A DNA stretch of 64,000 bases from the human T2T-CHM13v2.0 reference genome, Homo sapiens, in assembly GCF_009914755.1 (NCBI RefSeq), contig NC_060932.1, one strand, 5' to 3'. The notes below the pieces were generated by a model that saw nothing but the letters and a program-made list of their open reading frames with translations, made no database searches and was not told where the DNA came from. Made by a program: the position numbers and the translations under genes. Below, piece after piece: positions 1 to 14,099 of the stretch (position 1 is the first letter of the stretch; the number at the start of each line of letters is the position of its first letter).

Positions 1-967
1 AAAGCTGGGTGTCCGGGGGAGACATCACACATTGGTAGGATCCGTGATGCCCCACAAGCCACAAAAACCAGCAAGTCTTTATTAGGGATTTTCAAAAGGG
101 GAGGGAGTATATGAATAGGTGTGGGTGACAGACATCAAGTACTTAACAGGGTAATAGAATATCACAAGGCAAGTGGAGGCAGGGCGAGATCACAGGACCA
201 CAGGACCGAAGCGAAATTAAAATTGCTAATGAAGTTTTGGGCACCACTGTCATTGATAACATCTTATCAGGAGACAGGGTTTTGAGATCAACCAGTCTGA
301 CCAAAATTTATTAGGCAGGAATTTCCTCTTCCTAATAAGCCTGGGAGCGCTATGGGAGACTGGAGTTTATTTCACCTCTGCAATCTCGACCATAAGAGAC
401 AGGTACGCCCCGGGGGGGCCAGTTCAGAGACCTACCCCTAGGTGCACATTCTCTTTCTCAGGGACCTTCCATGCTGAGAAAAGGAATTCAGCGATATTTC
501 TCCCATTTGCTTTTGAAAGAAGAGAAATATGGCTCTGTTCCGCCCAGCTCACCGGTGGTCAGAGTTTAAGGTTATCTCTCTTATTCCCTGAACAATTGCT
601 GTCATCCTGTTCTTTTTTCAGGGTGCCCACATTTCATATTGCTCAAACACACATGCTGTACAATTTGTGCAGTTAATGCAATTATTACAGGGTCCTGAGA
701 CGATATGCATCCTTCTCGGCTGACAGGATTAAGAGATTAAAGTAAAGACAGGCATAGGAAATCACAAGGGTACTGATTGGGGAAGTGATAAGTGTCCATG
801 AAATCTTTACAATTTATGTTTAGAGACTGCAGTAAAGACAGGCATAAGAAATTACAAAAGTATTAATTTGGGGAACTAATGAATGTCCATAAAATCTTCA
901 CAATCCACGTTCTTCTGCCATGGCTTCAGCCGGTCCCTCCGTTTGGGGTCCCTGACTTCCCACAACA
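1..967 (-). mobile_element. MER11 (HERV-K11/HML-8) LTR, cut by the window edge
   Basis: The reverse complement begins TGTTGTGGGAAGTCAGGGACCCCAAACGGAGGGACCGGCTGAAGCCATGGCAGAAGAACGTGGATTGTGAAGATTTTATGGACA, matching the MER11 5' end. Confidence 0.9.
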
Positions 968-2231
968 ATTTATTATTCTCAGGGTCTATATGTAATGGAT
1001 TCATGTTCCAAGAAGCAACTCTGTATTAAAACATATTATTTTTTATTTCTACTGGGTAATGAATCACTGGCTTTTAGTTAGGGTTTGGGAATGGCTTCTA
1101 ATTTTTTAAAGTGTGTTTAGCTTTGACAAACCTGATTTTTTTAAATTAAACCCATGAGTCCAATTTGGTTTCATTGTTTATGAGGCTAAACCAGGAGAAA
1201 TCCCTAGTGTTTTCTTCCATTTCTCCCTTAACTAGCAAGAACACTATGAGATAACTGACGTTGCCTGTTACATTGGTAAGGAATCCAGTTTCTAATGTTA
1301 CAAAATAAAGTGGAGGCAGAATGTGTAAAAATAATCAATATTTGCCTGGCTGTTGGAAACCAAGTTCTAGTTCAGATTTGTCAGTCTCTTTTCTGACCCT
1401 GATGAAGTTTGTTCCACCTGTCCCATTTCATCACCCATGAAGGTGACAAATGCCCCGAGGTCTCTCTGTTTCTCAAGGAAAGAGAACACTTGTCTTATTA
1501 CCAGGCCTTCTGGGTATGGGATGATGAATACCCATCGTGTTTATTTATAAGTAAAGAATTCTAAGTTTTTTTAGTTCAACAAGTTAGGAAATAAGTTTAT
1601 TATTTAAAAGTAAGTATACACATCATAAAGGTAAAAAGGACCTTCAATCTTATTCAGAGCTTTGCTTCTAGAAATCGTGAAAACTATAAATTATTTTGTC
1701 AGTTATTTCTTTTTTCAAACTATGTAAGCCATATGTCTTACCATAGAAAAATTAACAAACAAAATGAAGAAAAGTTGAAAGGTTCAGAGATGGTTGTTAT
1801 TGACATTTTGGTTTACTTTCCATATTTTCTATGTTCGTAGTCACATATAGGTTCATAATTTATATTAACGAAAATTGATATCTTGTGCCTATTATAATAA
1901 CTGCAGTATATTATGGTGCTTTCCTTGTCAATCAAATATTCAAAATGTGTTCATAGCCATGAGGTTCCCCATTACATGCGCACACCTCAGTTTATGTACC
2001 AGTCTCTTGTTATTGACAACAATGTTCAATTCTCCAGTGATATAAATAATGCTTGGATAAATTACCTCTATTTGAGTACTTAATTATTTCCTTGGAATAG
2101 CTCTTTGGACTTAAAATATTTCAAAAGATGTGGAGATTTTTAAAGATCTTCATTGTAAAGTTTTAATATAGTTCTAGGCAAATGTACCTATCTGCCCTCT
2201 CACCAATATTATACATGTAACATTTGCTTTT

Positions 2232-2607
2232 TATTTAATTTTTTAAGTTTTAATTTTTGTGGGTACATAGTAGATGTATATATTTATGAGGTACATGAGA
2301 CATTTTGATACAGGCATGCAATGTGTAATAATCACATCAGGGTCAGTGGGGTATCCATCCCCTCAAGCATTTATCCTTTTTGTTACAAACAATCCAATTA
2401 TACCCTTTTAGATATTTAAAAATGTACAATTACATTATTAAACTATAGTCACTCCTGTTATGCTGTCAAATATTAGATCTTATTCATTCTTTCCATTTTT
2501 TTGGACCCACTAACCATCCCCACTTACTTCCAAGCCCCATGACCCTTCCCAGCCACTGGAGCCATCATTCTACTCTCTATCTCCGTGAGTTAGGTTGTTT
2601 TAATTTT
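2232..2607 (-). mobile_element. 5'-truncated L1MA (L1MA2/3-like) 3' end
   Basis: L1MA 3'UTR motif gggtacatagtagatgtatatatttatgaggtacatgag. TSD taacatttgctttt at 2218-2231 and 2608-2621. Confidence 0.85.
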
Positions 2608-2980
2608 TAACATTTGCTTTTAAATTCTTGGTATAGTTCTTGGTTTGGCAGATCATACGTAATTTGCGATTCTATTTATTTAAGTTACGGGTGCTACTGA
2701 GTATGTTTCTTCCTTGTTTTCCATCTTTTTTTCTTTTTGGTGCATGCATTGCATGGTCTATTTTCTCATTTCAATATTACTACGATGTTTATTTTATTCT
2801 TTTGAAATCAAAACAAGGTATTAACCCTTTTTCCTATATTTACAATTCAAGTATTTTTGTTTCTCATGTTGCCATTTGAGTTATTTTGTTTCATATGTAA
2901 GAAGTAAAATTTCTGACTTTGGTGCCTTACTTTAAAAGCCTTTCTTTGCCAACAAACCCTATGTAAACATTCAGCTGTGA

Positions 2981-4500
<1,520 letters not shown>

Positions 4501-5344
4501 CAGCTGTGACATTTTAATTTTATTGTTTACAGTCATTGCCTGCATTCTTCTGGATTCATTTAGGTGTATCTGTAAGTCAAGGCTCTGCTTGTCTCTGCCT
4601 CTGATTGGTGAATCCACTGTTGTATTTACTGAGAAGTGATACTATTAAAGTTTTCTAATGTCAGATTATCTTTGTATTTTGGGAAAATGTTAATTGTGGT
4701 CATGGGATATCTGCCTGTCACTTTTCTTTTGCACTGATTTTTTTGATAAACACTTATGTTAAAGCTTTATTTCCCTTTTCAGAGTGCCTGTGGAGGAAGT
4801 GAGCACAACTGTGTTTGTGTAAGAATGTCAGCTGCAGTAGGCAGCACATGCTGAGAGCCTCTGCTGGTCCCTGACAGGAGACTGTGCTCAGCCTTGGGTG
4901 GGAGCTGAGCAGCGAAGACACTGTGGGATCAACTAGGAGGAGAGAGATGGCACGGGGTGTATGGACATGGGGTGGGCTCTTCCTCTTGGGAGTCAGTTCT
5001 TTGTAATGGGATGATGGCTACAGGGCCCCTCGTTTCTCTCACAACTCTGGTTTCTCACACAGCACACTGATCTGGATTTCAAATTCATGTAGATGAAGGT
5101 GCAAACCCAGTAAACATCTGTGACAAGCACTACATCCTCCCATCATCCCCATGAGCAGCACTGGGGTTGATACAGGGCTTACCTGTCTTCATGCTGTGTT
5201 CACAGTGTTTCTAAAAAATGGCAGACATATGATTAAGGCCGATGTCTGAGAGCTCTGTCAGAGTAGTGGTGACATCACCCAATTATTCCTAAGACTTTGG
5301 GAAGGCGCACTGGGGGAGTCAGCACTCCAGTACCCATTTCCTGA

Positions 5345-5820
5345 GAGAATTCAGGCTTTTTGCTGTAACAAATTACCACACACTTCTTGGCTTAAACCAT
5401 ACACATTTATTATCTTAGAGTTCTGGAGGTCGGAAGTCCAACAGGAGTCTTGCTGGGCTAAAATCCGGGTGTCAGCCAGGCCAGCTCCTCTTGAGGTTCT
5501 GGGGGGACCTGTTTCTCAGCGTTTCCCAGCTTTGGAGGGTCCTGCCTGCCTTGGCTTGTGGCCCCACCTCCATCTGCAAAGCCAGCAGCAGAGGGTGGGG
5601 TGGGGGTGTCTCTGATGCTGCATCTCTGGCTCAAGGTTCTCTGGCTTAAGGATTCTTGTGATTAGAGTGGGCCATGGCTAGTCCAGGATCACCCCTGTCT
5701 CATCTCAGGACCCTCGGCTTCTCCCCTTTGCAAAGTCCCTCTGCCATGTGAGGTCACCAGTTCTCAGCTTCTGAAGATCACAGTGTAGACTTCTTTGGGG
5801 GTCATTATTCTGCTGCCAGA
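5345..5820 (-). mobile_element. MaLR LTR (MLT1C/D-like)
   Basis: gctgtaacaaattaccac...ggcttaaa...catttattatctta...gttctggaggtcggaagtcc is typical of antisense MLT1. Confidence 0.8.
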
Positions 5821-6739
5821 GGACTTGTTTTTTATTTAAATGTATGCATACCTTTCATCTTTAGAGATTTTTTACCATGAATTTAGACAAAATTTCTGTA
5901 TTTCCTGGGAAAATAGTTGCAAAGGAAGTTTTTCATCTTTTATCTCAGAACATGACAGGTTGGATTATCCTCTTTGCCATTTTCAAAGTGGTAAAAAAGA
6001 AAAAAATTATTTATGGAGCTGGTGGCTCCTCAGTGGGACGAGAATTCGTGCCTTTTCATTGGTGCAGTGGGCTCGCCCTTGTGTGGGACACAAAGAGGCC
6101 TGGAGACGTTGCCCAATTCAATCAGTAACCAAGGAGTGGGATTCATTAGGGGAAGCAGAAACCAGGGCTGAATCACGTTCCCAGGCAACTCAGCGTTGCC
6201 TAGTACAGCAAGCTCGTCTCAGGATGCGATCCTATTCAGTCATTTTGTGTCTCCACTCATGGAAGAAGCGGAGGAGTAGACCATGGGCTGACGAGTCCCA
6301 GTAGAGCAGTGCTGGCTTTTGTGACCCCATACGCCCCTGCCCCTCACGTGGGGCAGAGCCAGTCCTGTATGCCAGCGTGTGGCTGTTTTAATTTGTGGGC
6401 TTTAACATGGCAAAATATGAGCCAGACATAAAGACAAGCTGAGAAGTTTAAGACATTATAGTTCCATGAAGTTCATAATAGGCTCTGAGCAAATGCAGGC
6501 CGACGCATGCGCCTGCGTTCCTCAGTGCCACAAGCACATCATTCAGGACATTTTTGATGAACAGAATTAGTGCTATTCAGCTTAAACATTAAGTGCAAAT
6601 CTCATTGCTGTCTTCCACCTACCTGCACTTTAACTTGTGATTGTTTTAAGAGTGGTTAGATCTTTCTACCTTTAAAACACTCTGTCTTCCTTGACCAAAT
6701 CAGTGCAAGAAAAGGAAACCTTCTGGGAAATGCAGTCCT

Positions 6740-6978
6740 GGACCTCCTCCTTGTTGTTAGGGAGGAGGGGGTCAAGTGGGTGCTATGCCCTATTGGGTAC
6801 TACACTCAGTACCTGAGTGACAGGATCCTATTGGGTACTATGCTTAGTACCTGGATGTCAGGATCATTTGTACCCCAAACCTCAGCCTCATGCAGTATAT
6901 CCATGTAACAAACCTGCACATGTAACTGTGAACCTACAATAAAGGTTGAAATCGTTTAAAAATAAAAACAAAAACAAA
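6740..6978 (+). mobile_element. L1 3' end fragment (L1PA15/16 or L1PB-like) with an internal 38-bp tandem duplication
   Basis: cctattgggtacta...gtaccccaaacctcagc...catgtaacaaacctgcacatgta...aataaa plus an A-rich tail. Duplicated unit at 6789 and 6827. Confidence 0.8.
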
Positions 6979-7021
6979 CTTTCTAGAATGAGACTTCATT
7001 AACCCAAGCAAGGCTGTCACA

Positions 7022-7195
7022 TTGTGTCATGTGTGTATGTGTGCCTGTCTCTGTGTCTGCATGTATGTTAGTGTGCACATGTCTACATTATGTTGGGGTG
7101 CACAGGTGCATGCAGGTTACTGCTCACATGTGTGCACGTGTTAGTGTGCATGTACATTGGTGTGCACGTGTGTTAATGTGCATGGGTGTTTGTGG
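7022..7195. repeat. Degenerate (TG)n/TGCA low-complexity tract
   Basis: Alternating purine-pyrimidine runs such as tgtgtgcacatg. Confidence 0.8.
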
Positions 7196-8139
7196 AGGGG
7201 GGGCTGCTTTCATATGGATGGAGTTAATGCTCCTCGTCTGGTACTATGCACTGAATTGAATTCACCAAACAACTGAGTAGTGAGGAATAAAACTTTATTT
7301 GAAATATTGCCTGCCATTTAAAACATTTACTTTTAAATATATGTTTCTCTTTATATTCTTGAAATATTACCCACTTCTATTCAAATATTATCTGCTTCCA
7401 AAATCTAGTAAGCCAACATTTGGGGTTTGAAGTGGCTTTCTCCAGAGACATTGGGAGAAATGAAGTGAAAAATCAAAACGTGACGACATCGCTCCCAGGC
7501 CAGGCCCTGTTTTAGATTCCCCACTGTGCTCCACGCCGCCCCCTAGAATGCTCCCCACCCCACCCCTCTCTCCATCCTCCTCTCCCATCTTGACATTTCA
7601 GGGTTTTGGTGGTGGCTTTGTAGTCCGTGGTCCCCCGTGCTCCTGTGTCCGGGGGTTCGTTTGTGGCTGGCCCCGCTGACAGGGCTTCTCTCCGCAGTGC
7701 AGGTTTTGAGGCACTCTTAAAACGAGTTCTCTTCCTGAACTTCAGGTTTGCTACCTGTGAACTTGGAATTAAATGCTTTTCTCTGTGCTAGGCTGCGTCA
7801 CCAAATGTCTGAAATACTTAGTTATTAAAGAGTATTTATGGCTGTTAATTTACAGTTAATTCAGGCTTTCCCTTCTCTGGAGTTAATGCTTTCTCCCCGT
7901 ACCAGCCGGTCTGTGGCACGTTCTTTCGTGTGGGTCCAGGCTCACCGTCGCTGTCTCAGAACTGCTTTCCTGTTACGCTGCCGTAACTGTGATGTTTGTG
8001 TATCCATCCCTTCATGTATCAAACGCAGACCTTTTCTCACAGGTTTGGTCATTTTTGGGTGTAAGACACGTTCCTTCCTTGGAAGACTTTTTGTCCATGA
8101 GTGTGAATGGATCCGCACTTAACTCAGAATAAATGCCGA

Positions 8140-8830
8140 GATGTAAAGGACAACCGCAGCCATGGAGCACAGCGGCGGCGCAACAGCTGTGTTGTTCCTG
8201 AACGCTTTTTCTCTGGTCTTAAATTTAGACACCGAATCCTGCAGTGTCAGGAAAAGCTGGAGAATGCAGCTGCGGGCCGGGGACTCGGCCGGAAAGCCCC
8301 GGCCGCCTCCTGCTTCCAGTGCCCCGCAAGGCTCGGGCGGGAGATGACTGTCCCCGTCCATGTTCTTTCCTGTGGAGTAGACGCTGTGCAGCCATCGGGT
8401 GAGAAGATATCGGCTTGGTCCTGGGCCCTGCCTTGCGGGCGTCCGTGGGATAGCAGGTCTTGGGGCGCTGGGCCTTGTCCGGGAAGAGGCACTGGATGGG
8501 GCGATGCTCTGTAGGTCCTGCAGGCGCCCTGGCAGGGATGGGGTCCGAGGGCTCCTGTGTGCCAGGCTCCTGAGATCTCCTGGCAAGCGTTCGAGGCCTG
8601 GCAGGTGCGGGGGCACACAAGGCTGAGGTTCTGCCGGGGTGACCCTCTGCAGGCCAGCGTCTTGTGGGAATAAAGCCCGAGCTGGAGAACGCGGCCTGTG
8701 GGCAGGGGGTGGGGTTGGGGTGCTCCTACTTCCGTTTCCCCGGCCTACAGGCGCTGCCCTTTGACCCTGGAAGGGCTTTGGAGAGAGGGCCCTGCTGGGG
8801 CCAGGGCCGCGTTGCTAAGGAGACGAGGGC
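8140..8830. promoter_or_regulatory. GC- and CpG-rich island-like segment in apparently unique sequence
   Basis: Dense CpGs (gcggcggcgc, gcgggccggggactcggccgg, cccggccgcc) compared with AT-rich flanks. No recognisable repeat. Confidence 0.45.
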
Positions 8831-9082
8831 GTTTCATGTGAACACCACGTTAACAAGCTGCTTATTTAAAGATGGCATCTAACGGAGATCTTTTGTTTCC
8901 CTCATCACTTTACCGAAGGACCATACCAGACTCTGCGCTCGTCTCCTTTCATGTTTTGCTTCCGTTCTGCCTCTCCTCGCGTGTCTCTGCCAGCGCACAT
9001 GCACACACCTGCTGCTGTTCTCCTTAGCAGATCCCACCCTAACATTCTGTGGTAGGAAAACAATGTTCTTCTCTTACTTGGC

Positions 9083-9325
9083 TAGATAATGTCATGGTTA
9101 GAAACACAGATTCTGGAGCCAGATTCCCGGGGTTCGAGTCCTATCTCGACCACGTCCCATCTCCTGGTCAGGGTTAGGGCGCTACCCCCAGCATCTCCAT
9201 GTTCCCATCTGTGACACGTGGGTGGCAGCGCCTTCCTCCTGGCGGGGATCCCGGGAGCGGATGCGCTCAGGCCTCGGGATCTCGCGGGCCGTGTGCCCAG
9301 TGCTGCTGGCATGAGCTCGGCCTGG
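9083..9325 (+). mobile_element. MIR SINE, strongly GC-shifted
   Basis: tggttagaaacacagattctggagccagattcccggggttcgagtcc matches the MIR tRNA-derived head with B-box. Core remnant ccatctgtgaca. Confidence 0.7.
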
Positions 9326-9738
9326 TGTTCGAGGCAGCCTGGCCAGTCCTCGGACCTGTGCAGCCTGCAGAAGAAGGGGCCGCACCTTGTGGATAAGGAG
9401 TGTGTCATTCATCTTTGTGTTCCAGCCACTTTTCGTGGTTCCTGACTCATAATAAATGTTTCATTGAATTTATTAAACACCAGTTTTGACCAAGACTCCA
9501 AACTGAAGCACGATGAGAATACTAGAGAATGTAATGTTAAAAAATTATTTCTCAGAATCCTTCTTTTCAACATTTTTATAGCGTGTTCATCACCATCCCT
9601 AGTTTAGTAAGTAGCGGTGCAGACGTGTTTTTATTTGCCTGCCTGACCTAAGGCCGTGCTCAGGCCGCAGGCAGCGGTCTCTGGTCCATCCTGGCTTCCC
9701 AGGCTGGCTGCTGTGTTGGGCGCCTTGTAGAAATTTGT

Positions 9739-10111
<373 letters not shown>

Positions 10112-10399
10112 TGAAATTTATATATATTAATATTTGGTAAACAAATGTTAAATTAGCTACTCTGTGTGGATCCTGTAGTGTGGACGATGGTGGAAATTGA
10201 ATTAAATTTATGCAGACTCCTGATGATGTCCTAAACATACTTTACAATAATTTAAGGGATGCTGGCATCGTACTTCTTGTCTTTCCCCTCCCTTTGTTCC
10301 TTTTAAGTTCTTAATGTTTTTAAAATGAAAAGTGGTCAGAACCTTTTCCTCTTTCAGCATAACGACTTCATTGTGTTTAGGAATCTCATGGTTAAAACC

Positions 10400-10567
10400 T
10401 AAGAGAAATCAGCTACTCCATTCACACAAATCCTTATTCACTTGTTCTGGGATGTGGTCTTGGCATCAGTATTTTATTTTTTTATTATATTTTATTTTAT
10501 TTTAATTTTATTTTTAGTGCTCCCTGAAAAATTTCATTGTACAGCCAGGGTTGTGAACCACTACTGT
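10400..10567. mobile_element. MER5-like hAT-Charlie fragment
   Basis: ttctgggatgtggtcttggcatcagtatttt...gctccctga...tgtacagccagggttgtgaaccact resembles a MER5A end. Confidence 0.55.
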
Positions 10568-11084
10568 ACATTGATAATATATGGGTCTTCAGGAATTTCA
10601 ATTAATCCATAATATACATTGTTTGATAAGCTTTAAAATAAAAAATATTAATTATAGATCCAGTGGATTTCCCTTTCTAGCTTGGACAAGTGCTCAGGGA
10701 CACCAAAAAAAGGGAAAAGCTCTTGTACATTTTTTTTTTACTCCTGACTATATTGTCATGTTAATGCAATTAAACTTCTTTTACTGCAAACAGGGATCCC
10801 TTAAGACTCAAAAGAACAAGTAATGAAGAACTTTCTTTAATGAGAGAAAAAGAGCCTTCTTGCTTGCACATCATGGCTGACGGCAGAAAGAAGTAAAGGC
10901 AATTAATTAAAGCTGGACTGTGATTCCCCTGCTGGTGACTTCCTGGGGAGCGAGAGCATGTCTGTGGTTATGACAAACAGCATCTGAAATGGCGAGGTGC
11001 TGCCTTTAGCAAATCTGTAAGCAGAAGTTCATCACAGTGATTAGATGCTCAAAATTCTCATCAGTGAGGTTACCTGTTATTTTG

Positions 11085-11712
11085 TTAAATCAGGAAAAGC
11101 CACATATGACCACAGTGGGATATCACCTCACACCTGTTAGGATGGCTGTTACTGAAAACCAAAAGAAAACAAGTGTTGGTGAGGAGGGGGAGAAAAGGGA
11201 ACCCTAGTGCTCTGTTGGTGGGAATGTAAATTAGAGTAGCAATTATGAAAACAGTATGCAGGTTCCTAAAAAAAATAGAAATAGAACTACCATGTGATCC
11301 AGCCGTCCCACTTCTTGGCACAAATCCAAAGGAATTGCACTCAGTGTGTTGAGATGTCTGCATTCCTATGTTCACTGCAGCATTATTTATAGTAGCCAAG
11401 ATATAGAATCATTCTAGATGTCTAACAACAGGTGAATGGATAAAATGTGCTGATATAGATGCACAATGGAATACTATTGAGCCTTTAAAAAGACAAAGAC
11501 ATTTCTGTCATTTGGAGGAATCTGGAGGACTTTATGCTGAGCGAAATAAGCCAGGCGCAGAAAGACAAATGCCACCTGTGCTCACTTATATGTGGAATCT
11601 AAAACATTGAGCTCACAGAAGCAGAGAGTACCATGGTGGTTCCCAGGCCTGGTCTTAGGATGGATGGGAAGAGTCTGGCCAAAGGGTACAGAAGTTTGGT
11701 TGTGAGATGAAT
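11085..11712 (+). mobile_element. L1MA (L1MA8/9-like) ORF2 end and 3'UTR fragment
   Basis: gatatcacctcacacctgttaggatggct...atagaactaccatgtgatccagc...ctcacttatatgtggaatctaaa. Confidence 0.85.
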
Positions 11713-11973
11713 CACCACCTCGGTGAAAAACAGGATGGTGCCACCTGTCCCTCTGTGTGCCTCGTCCTGGTCAGCACCCTTGCTCCCACCCTAAGTGCCC
11801 CTGTCCTGATGCTCATGATTATGACTTCTTCATGTTTATTCACCGTTTCATCACCCACATGGGCATTCCCTGCCTCTGCAGCTCAGCCTTCAGATCTGTC
11901 TCCACTGAGATGCCTTTTAGGTCTCTTTTGATCCACGGCCTCTTCTCCTGCTCCTCTTTCCCCAGGCCGTTTG

Positions 11974-12770
11974 GCCTGTACGTCTCCCCACACTCTGGGT
12001 TCTGCAAGCGCATCTACACGGTGCACACCTGCATGTCTCCGTACACTCTGGATTGTGTGAGCGCGTCTACACGGTGCACGCCTGCACGTCTCCCCACACT
12101 CTGGATTCTGCGAGCGCGTCCACACGGTGCACGCCTGCACGTCTCCCCACACTCTGGATTCTGCGAGCGCGTCCACACGGTGCACGCCTGCACGTCTCCC
12201 CACACTCTGGATTCTGCGAGCGCGTCCACACGGTGCACGCCTGCACGTCTCCCCACACTCTGGATTCTGCGAGCGCGTCCACACGGTGCACGCCTGCACG
12301 TCTCCCCACACTCTGGATTCTGCGAGCGCGTCCACACGGTGCACGCCTGCACGTCTCCCCACACTCTGGATTCTGCGAGCGCGTCCACACGGTGCACGCC
12401 TGCACGTCTCCCCACACTTTGGATTCTGCGAGCGCGTCTACACGGTGCACGCCTGCACGTTTCCCTACACTCTGGATTCTGCGAGCGCGTCCACATGGTG
12501 CACGCCTGCACTTTTCCCCACACTCTGGATTCTGGGAGCGCGTCTACACGGTACATGCCTGCACGTCTCCCTACACTCTGGATTCTGCGAGCGCGTCCAC
12601 ACGGTGCACGCCTGTATGTCTCCCTACACTCTGGATTCTGTGAGTGCATTTACATGGTGCACGCCTGCACGTTTCCCCACACTCTGGATTCTGCGAGCGC
12701 GTCTACACGGTACATGCCTGCACGTCTCCCCACACTCTCGATTCTGTGAACACGTCTACATGGGGCACAT
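11974..12770. repeat. 53-bp minisatellite, about 15 copies, CpG-rich
   Basis: Unit cacgtctccccacactctggattctgcgagcgcgtccacacggtgcacgcctg (starts at 12085, 12138, ...). About six identical central copies with divergent edges. Confidence 0.97.
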
Positions 12771-13504
12771 CGTGCATTCGTCTGTGTTTTCAGCCTTGGC
12801 AGCTGGATCCAGAGACTGGATCCCCTTGTGTATTCTGTTTGGCAGGACTCAGCAGTGGCTGTGCCCTTTCATCCAGGGACGCTGTGTCTAGCTCTCACTC
12901 TCTGGTGATGTCAGAAAGTATTGACTGATGAGAGCCTAGGCCCATTAATTCACTAGGAGTTGGGGAGTGGTAATATTTTGATTTTACCTTTTATTTCTCA
13001 TATATAAATTGAACTTGTTTCTATAAAACAACAGCCCTTCATCTATTTCATTATGAAATGGAGCAGTTCATATGGAAAAGGCAAGATAAATCCTCGATTC
13101 TTCCCCTGAATTTAAAAGTTATCAAGGAATGAATTGGTTTATCTCACCCTCCAAAGAGGACCAATTCATTAAAACGGTTATGATGAACTCATGCATGGCG
13201 CACGTTTGGCATCTCAGTGCATTGTGATGGTCACTCATCCTGACGCTCACACTTGTCCATCTTTGGCCAGTGGGGGCCTCTTCACTTGGCTCTGAGTCCT
13301 TGGGACACAACCCTGGCAGCCTTTCGTAGATGTTCATGTTGCCCATATTCTGTCCCAGACTTGGAATTATCTGTTATCTAAGGAACTCTGCTGTTTAGTG
13401 AAACTGGCATTTCAAGAACACGACCCGGTTACTAGGGGTGTACGTTGCTACATGAAGGTCATTGTTTCTAGACCCTTGTAAGGCAGAGCTAGAAATACAT
13501 GTGA

Positions 13505-13670
13505 TTTTTTTTTTGAGATGAGGTCTTGCTATATTGCCCAGGGTGGAGTGCAGTGGCCATTCACAGGTGTGATCTTGGGTCACTGCAGCCTTGAACTCCT
13601 GGGCTCAAGCGATTCTCCTGCCTCAGCCTCTGAGTAGCTGGGACCGCAGGTGCCGCCCCCCACACCCGGC
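13505..13670 (-). mobile_element. FAM (fossil Alu monomer)
   Basis: Monomer-length antisense Alu that retains the 7SL-like gtggccattcacaggtgtgatc segment absent from dimeric Alus. Confidence 0.8.
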
Positions 13671-14099
13671 AGCAGGTGAGTTTTTGAAGACTAACCGTCA
13701 CATGAATTAATACTGATACTTCCAATTTGAACTTAGGAATTTGGAATACTTTTTACTATGGCTATTTCATATCACATTTGTGTCTCTTGTTTTCCATGCT
13801 AGGTATCCTGATTCTCGAGAGCACAGGATATAATAGAGTTACAGCAGTCCATAATTAAACATTTCCTCTATCCTACATCATGTGCCTGGCAGTCTTAACA
13901 TAACGATTTGGACACTGCCACCAGTGTGACTACGGAAGACACCAAGTACCTTTCTCACATGCTCCCCTGTGTCCTGCATTTTTAATGCCATAATATATTG
14001 GCATTGTCAGAGCAGATCCATTAAATTCTGCATTCTTTCCCTTCTGGTAATCACTTAGGGTTCTATGAGTAGCCACATGTTTACTCCTAACTACTCGTC

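Larger units (their letters stand above)
11760..13800 (-). mobile_element. Old L1MC4/5-like 3' region, interrupted by the 53-bp minisatellite and a FAM
   Basis: ttgtccatctttggccagtgggggcctcttcacttggctctgagtccttgggaca and gtcattgtttctagaccc...gcagagctagaaata are L1MC4/5-type antisense motifs. Boundaries approximate. Confidence 0.6.

Noticed and set aside
740-905. Internal ~90-bp repeat in the first LTR
   Set aside because: As I recall it, this belongs to the MER11 consensus and is not specific to this locus.
11757-12891. Long ORFs (330, 254 and 211 aa) over the 53-bp array
   Set aside because: The unit lacks stop codons, so frames are open on both strands and repeat every 53 aa. This is a VNTR artefact.
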